From: Bryobacterales bacterium
GTDB lineage: Bacteria; Acidobacteriota; Terriglobia; Bryobacterales; UBA6623
Direction: 5' to 3'
DNA: 64,000 bases
Assembly: GCA_965216545.1 (NCBI GenBank)
Contig: OZ244172.1
Span: forward strand, 5,473,625 to 5,537,624
Both the position numbers and the translations under genes were made by a program. The notes below the pieces were generated by a model, which was given only the letters and a program-made list of their open reading frames with translations, did not search any database and was not told where the DNA came from. This document shows positions 54,424-62,257 of the stretch, piece after piece. Every line of letters begins with the position of its first letter. The stretch's first letter is position 1.

Positions 54424-54503
54424 GACCCTCGGCAGCCATGCCGGGGTGGGATGATTCGTGCTGATGTTGAGCTATGCACCCCGCCATCGCTGGCGGGGCT
54501 CGG
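54424..54503. repeat. composite palindromic (REP-like) element, copy C
   Basis: gaccctcggcagccatgccggggtgggatg - attcgtgctgatgttgagct - atgcaccccgccatcgctggcggggctcgg. Confidence 0.75.
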
Positions 54504-54537
54504 CATAAGAGACCCGGGCTGCTATGCTGACCGGGCC

Positions 54538-55467
54538 ATGCTCACACGCCGTTCCTTACTCGCCGCCGCCGCCGCCGCCGTTCCCGCCGCCCTGGCGCGG
54601 CCGGCCGGGCTGCTCATCGACACCCACATCCACCTCTTCGCCAAAGACCAGCGCCGATTTCCCTTCCACGCCAACGCCCCCTACCGGCCCGACACCGCGG
54701 CCTCGCCGCAGGATCTCGAGGAGTACCGGCGGTTCGTGGCCGAGGCCCGGATCGATCACGCCGTCATCGTTCACCCCGAGCCCTACCAGGACGACCATTC
54801 CTACCTCGACCACTGCTTCGCCAGCGAGCCGCGGCCGGGATTCTTCAAGGGGACCATTCTGTTCGACGGGATCGACCCCAAGACCCCGGATCGCATGCGC
54901 GCGATGGCCAGGAAACACCCCGGCCGCATCGTCACCATGCGTGTACACGCAATGAATCCACCCGACATCCCGCCAGAGACTTCCGGCGCGATCAAGAATC
55001 GCGACCTGCGCGATCCCCGCATCAAGCAGGTTTGGCGGACCGCGGGCGATCTCGGTCTCGCCGTCCAAGTGCACATGCTGCCGCATCACGCCGTCGAGCT
55101 CGAGCCGCTGGTCCGCGAATTCGCTTCGGTCCGGGTCGTCATTGACCACCTGGCGCGCTCCGGCATGGGCAACGCAGCGGACTACGAGGCCGTCCTACGA
55201 TTGGCGGATCACTCGAATGTGTACATGAAGTATTCTGGCGTAGGGTACTCATCTAGAATGGATTATCCGTATGACGATGCCAGGTTCGTTATTCGGAGGC
55301 TCTACAACGTCTTCGGGCCCGAACGCATGATCTGGGGCGGATTGGGCTACACGCTGGAGGCGTTCGAGGCGGGCTCTAAGCTGCTCGACGCCATGTTCGA
55401 CTTCGCTCCCGAATCCGCCCGCGCCCAGATCCGCGGCCTCACCGCCCAGAGGCTCTTCGGTTTTTGA
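54538..55467 (+). CDS. amidohydrolase-2 family (TIM-barrel metal hydrolase) with Tat-like signal
   Basis: Start reset to MLTRRSLLAAAAAAVPAALA. LIDTHIHLF metal motif; VVIDHLAR. Confidence 0.8.
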   Translation: MLTRRSLLAAAAAAVPAALARPAGLLIDTHIHLFAKDQRRFPFHANAPYRPDTAASPQDLEEYRRFVAEARIDHAVIVHPEPYQDDHSYLDHCFASEPRPGFFKGTILFDGIDPKTPDRMRAMARKHPGRIVTMRVHAMNPPDIPPETSGAIKNRDLRDPRIKQVWRTAGDLGLAVQVHMLPHHAVELEPLVREFASVRVVIDHLARSGMGNAADYEAVLRLADHSNVYMKYSGVGYSSRMDYPYDDARFVIRRLYNVFGPERMIWGGLGYTLEAFEAGSKLLDAMFDFAPESARAQIRGLTAQRLFGF

Positions 55468-55508
55468 GCGGCTCACTGCCCGCGGCGGCGCGGTAAAATT
55501 GGGGCTTC

Positions 55509-56909
55509 ATGCCCGCCTACTCCTTAGATCCACGACCCGTCTCGCGTGTGGAGACGCCCTACCGCCGGATCGTGACCGATTTCCCCGTGCCCGAGTCGGT
55601 CGCCATCCTCGAGCGCCTGCAGGCCGCCGAGCCGGTCGCAATGCAGGGCCAGCCGCCGGTGGTTTGGGACCGCGCCGAGGGCTTCCAGGTCTACGACGCC
55701 TGGGGAAATCAGTGGATCGACTGGTCTTCGGGCGTGCTGATCACCAACGCAGGCCACTGCCATCCCAAGATCAAGGCGGCCATCGAGGCGCAGGTCGAGC
55801 GCCGCATGCTCACCAGCTACTGTTTTGCCCATGAGCCCCGGCTCGAGCTGGTCGAGAAGCTGATCAGCGTGTTGCCCGAGCCTCTGAAGAAGGTCTTCTT
55901 GCTGACCACGGGCTCGGAGACGGTCGAATGCGCCATCAAGCTATGTCGCACGCACGGAATCGGGATCTCGGGTCCGAGCAAGAACGTCATCGTCAGCTAT
56001 CACAACGCATTCCACGGCCGCACGCTCGGCTCACAGCAGGCCGGCGGCATCCCGGCGCTGAAGCAATGGATCGTCAACCTCGACCCGGGCTTCATCCAGA
56101 TCCCGTTCCCGGACGGCTACCGCTGTGAGGACGATTCGTTCGAGCTTTTCGAGCGCTGCCTGGCCGAGGCCGGCGTGGAGGCGGCAAACGTGGCTGGGGT
56201 GGTGATGGAGACCTACCAGGGCGGCGACGCTTCATTCGCGCCGGTCGAGTACATGCGGAAGCTCAGGGCCTGGTGCGACCGCAACCGGGCGCTGCTCGTG
56301 CTCGACGAGGTGCAAGCCGGGTTCGGACGGACGGGCAAGCTCTGGGGATTCGAGCATTACTCGATCATTCCTGACATAACTACCTGGGGAAAAGGGATTT
56401 CAAGCTCTCTACCAATCGCAGCCGTCGCGGGCCGGCCGGAGATCATGGATCTGCATCCGCCTGGGTCGATGACCTCCACGCACTCGGGCAATCCCGTCTG
56501 TTGCGCCGCGGCGTTGGCGAGCCTTGAAGCCATCCTCGAGGAAGACATGGTCGGCAACGCCGCGCGCGTGGGGGGGCGGCTTCATGGCGCGCTGGGCGAG
56601 CTCGAGTCCGAGTATCGCGAGATCGGCGCGGTGATGGGCAAGGGCATGGTCGCCGGCGTAATGATGGTCGATCCGGCGACGGGCGAGCCGGATGGCGAGT
56701 TGGCGTTCGAGATCGTGCGGCGGTCAGTCGAAAAGGGCCTGCTGATGTTCTCGCCGGTGGGCAAGATGGGCGGCACGGTGAAGATCGCCCCGCCGCTGAA
56801 CCTGACTGCCGAGGCCTGTGAGGACTCTCTGGTCGCATTCCGGGAAGCGCTGGCCGAGGCGGTTGCGGCGCGCGGCGAAAGTCTATCGCCTGCGGCCTCG
56901 GCATCGTAG
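55509..56909 (+). CDS. class III PLP aminotransferase
   Basis: 466 aa. AFHGRTLG, LVLDEVQAGFGRTGKLWGFEHY, TWGKGISSSLP (PLP lysine). Confidence 0.9.
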   Translation: MPAYSLDPRPVSRVETPYRRIVTDFPVPESVAILERLQAAEPVAMQGQPPVVWDRAEGFQVYDAWGNQWIDWSSGVLITNAGHCHPKIKAAIEAQVERRMLTSYCFAHEPRLELVEKLISVLPEPLKKVFLLTTGSETVECAIKLCRTHGIGISGPSKNVIVSYHNAFHGRTLGSQQAGGIPALKQWIVNLDPGFIQIPFPDGYRCEDDSFELFERCLAEAGVEAANVAGVVMETYQGGDASFAPVEYMRKLRAWCDRNRALLVLDEVQAGFGRTGKLWGFEHYSIIPDITTWGKGISSSLPIAAVAGRPEIMDLHPPGSMTSTHSGNPVCCAAALASLEAILEEDMVGNAARVGGRLHGALGELESEYREIGAVMGKGMVAGVMMVDPATGEPDGELAFEIVRRSVEKGLLMFSPVGKMGGTVKIAPPLNLTAEACEDSLVAFREALAEAVAARGESLSPAASAS

Positions 56910-57103
56910 CTCGGCCATCCGCGCGGGGCGCGGAACTGACGAGATCACCGCCCCGCTCCGAGAGCTCACGGTTGCGATCCGCCAGCCATCCGAGTTAAAA
57001 CATTCTTAGATACAATGTAGCTGTGCGGGCTCTCGAGCGCCCAGGGTGTTAACCTTTAGGCAGTTCGCGCCCGCGTGCTCGACAGGAATTTTCGGACCTG
57101 TCC

Positions 57104-57140
57104 GCCGTGCGATGACGTGCGGACAGGTCCTCATCGGCTT
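57104..57140 (+). promoter_or_regulatory. 12-bp perfect inverted repeat in the leader of the large surface-protein gene
   Basis: GGACCTGTCCGC - 13 nt - GCGGACAGGTCC, ending 46 nt upstream of the ATG at 57186. Confidence 0.5.
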
Positions 57141-57185
57141 TCCAGGCGGCCTATGCCTGGGTTGGAAGGAAGAGGAGCTGTCCCA

Positions 57186-60100
57186 ATGTTGAGAAGATTT
57201 CCCCTTGCGCTCGCTCTCGCCTGCTATAGCGTGACCACGCTCGCGGCGCAGGGTCTGGATACCGACGCCAAGCCCGATGATTGGGAAGAGATCAACTTCG
57301 AATTTGACTCTTCGGTCCTAAGCGACGGATATCCGAGCCTGTTACGGCTCTCCGACCTGCTCAGCAAGAACGCCAACTACAGCGTCGAGCTGATCGGCCA
57401 CACCGATTTTCGCGGCTCCGACGAGTACAACCTCGGCCTGGGGCGGAACCGCGCCGAGACGGTCAAGAGCTTTCTGACCAAGTACGGCGCTCGGGACTCT
57501 CAAATCACGGTGAAGACCTCCGGAGAAGGGACGCCGAAGGTCTCGAATCAGTCCGATGAAGGCCGTTTCATGAACCGGCGCGTGATCATGACCGTGCGAG
57601 ACGGCGACGGCGACGTGGTCAGCGACGGCGGCGTAGGCGACGCCATCCAAGGCATCGAGCGAGCCGGCATGTCGGAGGATTGCTGCAATCAGATCCTCGA
57701 CAAGCTCAACAAGCTGGACGAGATTCTCGACCTGCTCAACGACCTCAAGAACGAAAACGACCAGCTTCGAGCCGATGTCGACGAGCTGAAGGGCCGCCGC
57801 GAGCCGGCGCCGCCCGCTCCTCCGGCGCCGGTTCCGCCCACGCCCACCCAGGTCGCCTCCGCCGTCAGGCAAGAGATGGACGACTATCCGGTGGCCAAGG
57901 GCGGCAACAAGTACGCCTCTTACAACGTCAACGCCGGTCCTCAGCTCGGGGCTGGGCAGAGCGGAAATGTGGCCGTCTCGGGGCAAGGCCGGGTCTTCCT
58001 GCCGTTCGCCAAGCGCCACGCCGTGCAGGCGCAAGGCGAGTTCATGCATTGGCTGGACCGCGACGAGGGCCAGGTGGACCTGGGTCTGGTCAACCGCTGG
58101 GGCAACGTCCAATTGGGCGGTTTCTCGAGCTTCAAGTACGTGAAGTTCGACGAATGGCAGCAGATGGGCGGCCTGGGCCAGGCGGCCTTCACCGCGGATT
58201 ACATCTTCGACCGCGGCCGGGTGGGCTTCTTCGGCACGAAAGCGTTCCTCGACGGGGCCGTGGTCAACGAAGTGTTGCTGCGCCGCAACATCTTCGAGCA
58301 GACCTACCTGCAGGTGGTGGACCAGGCGGGCGTCTCGACGGCGTTCTCGGCTTGGAACGTGGGCGGTGACAAGACTGCCTGGTTCGAGGGCAACGCAGGC
58401 GCGCTGTTCCGCAAGGGCGGCAGCAACCGCTTTGGCGGCGGCCTGCGCTACGTGCATCCGCTCACACGGGGTTTGGCGCTCACTCTCGAGGGCGGCCTGA
58501 ACGAGACCCTGGTGGGCGATCGCAACCGCGGCCGCTTTGCAGTGGGCCTGCAGTTCGGCGGCTGGCTCTCGCCTGATAAGTACAGCGAGAACACCGATCG
58601 ACCGGTTCCGGTCGACATTCCACGCGTCCGCTACGAGGTGCGCACGCGTGAGATCCAGGTGGGCAACGACGCTCCGGTGGCCGATGCCGGCGGCGATCAG
58701 ATCAACGTCGAAGCCGGCCAGAAGACGCTCGACGGCTCGGCTTCGTTCGACCCCGAGGGCAAAGACCTCACCTACGAGTGGGTGCAGATCTCGGGCGACC
58801 CGGTCGACCTCGCCGGCGCGGACGCCGCGGTGGCGACCTTCACCGCCGACGAAGGCCAGAACTACCAGTTCCGCCTCACCGTGCGGGATCCGGAAGGCCT
58901 GACCGGCACGGACCGCGTCACGGTGGCGACCATCGATCGCCGCATCCAGATCCTACGTTTCAGCGCCGACCCGAGCCGCGTGAGCCGCGGCGAGCCGGTG
59001 ACGCTGACGTGGAAGGTCGAGAACGCCGACACGGTCAACATCTCGCCGCAGCCGGGTGATGTCGACCTGATGGGCACCTCGCGGGTGACCGTCGAGGAGA
59101 CCACCGTATTCACCTTGACGGCGACCAGCGGCGACCGCACCATCACCGAGACCCGTACGGTCGAGGTGATCGCCGACCCGCTGCCGTCGATCATCAGCTT
59201 CAACGCCGAGCCGCGCTCGATCGCCCAGGGCGAGGCCACCATCCTTTCGTGGGAGACCGCCAACGCCGACCAGGTGACGATCGACGTCCAGAGCGGTTCC
59301 GGGATGGACCTCGGCTCGGTCGGCACCGCCGGCACGGCCACGGTGTCTCCGTCGGAGACGACGACCTACAAGCTCACGGCGACCAACGCATCCGGATCGG
59401 TCACCCGCACCGTTACGGTGACGGTCGGACCGCCGGGCATGCCGCGCATCTTGAGCTTCGTCGCCACGCCGCAGGAGATCGATCCGGGCGAGTTCTCCAC
59501 CCTGGTTTGGGAGGTGGAGAACGCCGCGACGGTCACGATCGACAACGGCGTGGGGCCGGTGGATCTCAGCGGTACGTCCGACGTGCAGCCGGGCGATACG
59601 ACGACCTACGTGTTGACCGCGTCCAACAACAACGGTTCGGTCACCGCCAGCGTCATCGTTTCGGTGCGCAAGCAGGTTCGGATCCTCTCGTTCACCTCGA
59701 ACAAGACCACGGTCGCCAACCCTGGCGACGAGGCCGTGTTGAGCTGGACGACCGAGAACGCCGAGCGTGTCGTGCTGGTAAACGTCGGCGACGTGGACGC
59801 CAACGGGTCGGCTGGGGTCAACCCGGTCGGGACGACGCTCTACACGCTGATCGCCTACGGCGAAAACTCCTCGGTGGAGGCCGTGCTGACGATCAACGTG
59901 GAGAACGAGAACCATTCGCCGATCGCCGTGGCGGAGGCGCCGACGGCCATTCTGGTGCCGGCCGGCACGCTGACCGGGACGGGCGAGCTCGACGGGTCGA
60001 AATCCTACGACCCCGATGGCGACCCGATCACTTACGAGTGGCGCAACATCGGCCCGCTGCCGGTCGACATCAAGAACCCGACCGCCGCGGTGGCGACGGT

Positions 60101-60206
60101 CGAGTTCCTGGGCGGCTACGGGCGGTATGAGTTCCAACTCATGGTCACCGACGATAAGGGGCTGATGGGGATGGACTCGACGGTGGTGTTCTGGGTCGAC
60201 CCATAG
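57186..60206 (+). CDS. OmpA_C-anchored surface protein with barrel-like segment, two PKD-like modules and four Ig-like repeats
   Basis: Start reset to MLRRFPLALALACYSVTTLAAQG (SD GGAG). FEFDSS...LIGHTDFRGSDEYNLGLGRNRAETV (OmpA_C). Coiled coil, Pro linker, ~240-aa strand-rich segment ending RFAVGLQFGGW. PKD-like LDGSASFDPEGKDLTYEW and LDGSKSYDPDGDPITYEW. Confidence 0.85.
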   Translation: MLRRFPLALALACYSVTTLAAQGLDTDAKPDDWEEINFEFDSSVLSDGYPSLLRLSDLLSKNANYSVELIGHTDFRGSDEYNLGLGRNRAETVKSFLTKYGARDSQITVKTSGEGTPKVSNQSDEGRFMNRRVIMTVRDGDGDVVSDGGVGDAIQGIERAGMSEDCCNQILDKLNKLDEILDLLNDLKNENDQLRADVDELKGRREPAPPAPPAPVPPTPTQVASAVRQEMDDYPVAKGGNKYASYNVNAGPQLGAGQSGNVAVSGQGRVFLPFAKRHAVQAQGEFMHWLDRDEGQVDLGLVNRWGNVQLGGFSSFKYVKFDEWQQMGGLGQAAFTADYIFDRGRVGFFGTKAFLDGAVVNEVLLRRNIFEQTYLQVVDQAGVSTAFSAWNVGGDKTAWFEGNAGALFRKGGSNRFGGGLRYVHPLTRGLALTLEGGLNETLVGDRNRGRFAVGLQFGGWLSPDKYSENTDRPVPVDIPRVRYEVRTREIQVGNDAPVADAGGDQINVEAGQKTLDGSASFDPEGKDLTYEWVQISGDPVDLAGADAAVATFTADEGQNYQFRLTVRDPEGLTGTDRVTVATIDRRIQILRFSADPSRVSRGEPVTLTWKVENADTVNISPQPGDVDLMGTSRVTVEETTVFTLTATSGDRTITETRTVEVIADPLPSIISFNAEPRSIAQGEATILSWETANADQVTIDVQSGSGMDLGSVGTAGTATVSPSETTTYKLTATNASGSVTRTVTVTVGPPGMPRILSFVATPQEIDPGEFSTLVWEVENAATVTIDNGVGPVDLSGTSDVQPGDTTTYVLTASNNNGSVTASVIVSVRKQVRILSFTSNKTTVANPGDEAVLSWTTENAERVVLVNVGDVDANGSAGVNPVGTTLYTLIAYGENSSVEAVLTINVENENHSPIAVAEAPTAILVPAGTLTGTGELDGSKSYDPDGDPITYEWRNIGPLPVDIKNPTAAVATVEFLGGYGRYEFQLMVTDDKGLMGMDSTVVFWVDP

Positions 60207-60339
60207 AGCGCAGCCATGCCAGAGCGGACAACGGGCGGGCCTCCAGGCCCGCCCGTGCCTGTTTGGTAGAGGCGCGGAGAAGTCGCGCCGCGCCGCCTGG
60301 GTGCTGAGCGTTTGTCAAGGCCGGATGAAAGATCCCCAC

Positions 60340-60419
60340 CCTGGTTGAGGTGGTGGCCCGGGTGCGGATCTCAACAGCAGCACGGAACATTGCACCCCGC
60401 CATGGCTGGCGGGGCTCAG
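60340..60419. repeat. composite palindromic (REP-like) element, copy D (left unit degenerate)
   Basis: ...ggtggcccgggtgcggatc - tcaacagcagcacggaa - cattgcaccccgccatggctggcggggctcag. The spacer matches copy B (agaacaccagcacgaga). Confidence 0.65.
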
Positions 60420-60440
60420 CAAAGCAGACCCGTACCGGCG

Positions 60441-61952
60441 CTACAGGCTCTCGCGCATTGCGGGGCGGCGGCTGAGGTGGCCGGTCGCGCGCTCGTACGC
60501 CATGGCGAGCTCGAGCAGCTCGACGTCGCGCCCCATGCGCCCGATGAGCTGCATGCCCATCGGCAGGCCGTTGTCGCCAAAGCCCGCGGGTAGCCCGGCG
60601 ACCGGAAGCCCCGAGAGGGTTCCGCCGATGACGACTTCCATCCAGCGATGGTACGTGTCCATCTCGCGGCCCGCGATTTGCTTGGGCCAATGGTGCTCGG
60701 CGGGGAAGGGGAAGACCTGCGCCGACGGCAACGCGAGCGCGTCGTAGCGCTCGAGCAGGGTGCGCAAGGCCTGGTACCACTCCGAGCGTGCGATGCCGGC
60801 GTCGAAGACCGCCTGTGCGCCCATCTCGAGGCCGCCTTCGTACTCGAAGACGACTTCGGGTTTGAGCTGGCGGCGCGTCTCGGGGTCGTCGTAGTAGTCC
60901 TTGACCCAGCGCGCCGAGAAGTGGCGGAGAGTCAGCCAGGTTTGCCACAGGCGCGCCATGTCGAAGTCGGGCTTGCAGGGCTCCACGATCACGCCGTGGC
61001 CTTCGAGCTGTTCGAGGTTGCGCTCGCAGACCTCGAGCACGCCGGGCTCGGTGGCGAGGTAGCCGTCATAGTCGCCGAGCCAGCCAATCTTGACGCCCGC
61101 GAGGTCACGAGCCTGGAACGCTTCGTAGTTCGGGATGGTTTCGGCGCGGCCGAGAGGATAGCGGTCGTCGGGGCCCGCGATGGTGTGCAGCAGCCGGATC
61201 GTGTCCTCGACATTGCGTCCCATGGGGCCGGCCGTGGCGAGCTGCTGGTAGAACAGGTCGCCGGTCGGCACGCGCGGGATGAGCCCTTGGCTAGGGCGGT
61301 AGCCGACGACGTTGTTGAACGCGGACGGATTGCGCAACGAGCCCATCATGTCGGAGCCGTCGGCCGAGGGCAGCATATGCGTGGCCAGCCCCACCGCCGC
61401 GCCGCCGCTGCTGCCGCCGGAGGTCATGCGTGGGTCGTAGGCGTTGCGCACTGGCCCGAAAACCGGATTGTAGGACTGCGAGCCGTAGCCAAACTCGGGC
61501 GTATTGGTCTTGCCGATGAACAGTGCGCCGGCGGAGCGTATACGCTCGATGAACAAGTCGTCCTGCTCGGCGATCGAGTCGACCAGCAAAGGCGAGCCCT
61601 TGACGGTTGGAAAGCCGCGAGCGTCTGCGAGGTCCTTGACCGCGTGCGGAAAGCCGTGCATCCAGCCGCTGCCATGGCCTTGCTCGAGCTCGCGGTCAGC
61701 CTGTGCTGCGAGCTGCATGGCTTGGTCGTCGTCGAGGCGGTTGACGATGGCGTTGTAGACGCCGTTGTAGCGTCGAATGCGGGCGAGGTAGGCCTGCATC
61801 ACCTCGCGGCAGCTCGCTTTGCGGGAATGGATGGCGGCGGAGAGCGCCGAAGCGCTCAGCTCGGTCAGGTCGGAGGGCATGGTTTGCGCAGCGAGGCGAG
61901 CCGCTGGGAGAGCGGCCGCGGCCTGCAGGATGGCGCGGCGGGAAAGGGGCAT
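60441..61952 (-). CDS. amidase-signature family amidase with Tat signal
   Basis: 503 aa. MPLSRRAILQAAAALPAARLAAQ; GGSSGGAAV signature. Confidence 0.9.
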   Translation of the reverse strand: MPLSRRAILQAAAALPAARLAAQTMPSDLTELSASALSAAIHSRKASCREVMQAYLARIRRYNGVYNAIVNRLDDDQAMQLAAQADRELEQGHGSGWMHGFPHAVKDLADARGFPTVKGSPLLVDSIAEQDDLFIERIRSAGALFIGKTNTPEFGYGSQSYNPVFGPVRNAYDPRMTSGGSSGGAAVGLATHMLPSADGSDMMGSLRNPSAFNNVVGYRPSQGLIPRVPTGDLFYQQLATAGPMGRNVEDTIRLLHTIAGPDDRYPLGRAETIPNYEAFQARDLAGVKIGWLGDYDGYLATEPGVLEVCERNLEQLEGHGVIVEPCKPDFDMARLWQTWLTLRHFSARWVKDYYDDPETRRQLKPEVVFEYEGGLEMGAQAVFDAGIARSEWYQALRTLLERYDALALPSAQVFPFPAEHHWPKQIAGREMDTYHRWMEVVIGGTLSGLPVAGLPAGFGDNGLPMGMQLIGRMGRDVELLELAMAYERATGHLSRRPAMRESL

Positions 61953-62257
61953 CGTCCGCTGCTTATGCTAGCGAACCGGGGCAGCCCTGAAAAGGGTGAC
62001 ATTTCCGGACATTCCGCGACACTCGCGCGGCGACTGCGAAGCGGCCGCGCCGCGCCGTGGGCCATGCGCTGGACCGGCTCCAGCATATACCGTAGCTGTA
62101 GCGTTAGATCGGGTGACACTGCGTAAGATATTGAAATAATTCAAGATATATGTTTCACTGCTATGTGCGAAACCGTACCTTGAGCAGCCCGCGGCCGGAG
62201 CGCGGCCTTGAGCTCCGAGCCAAGCCGCGCTCAACCGGCGACCGGCAGGCGACGCCG

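Noticed and set aside
53851-54537. Upstream extension of the amidohydrolase ORF (538-aa version)
   Set aside because: It overlaps the 3' end of the DUF1501 gene out of frame and runs through REP-like element C. The Tat-like signal begins at 54538.
58900-59900. Regular ~255-nt periodicity, considered as a possible CRISPR array or DNA tandem repeat
   Set aside because: The periodicity is at protein level (four diverged Ig-like repeats inside one ORF). The DNA copies are not near-identical, and there is no repeat/spacer structure.
62100-62165. AT-rich patch (aagatattgaaataattcaagatatatg) upstream of the amidase gene, considered as a promoter
   Set aside because: I could not find -35/-10 hexamers with acceptable spacing on either strand. 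I kept it only as context for the AATGTC motif finding.
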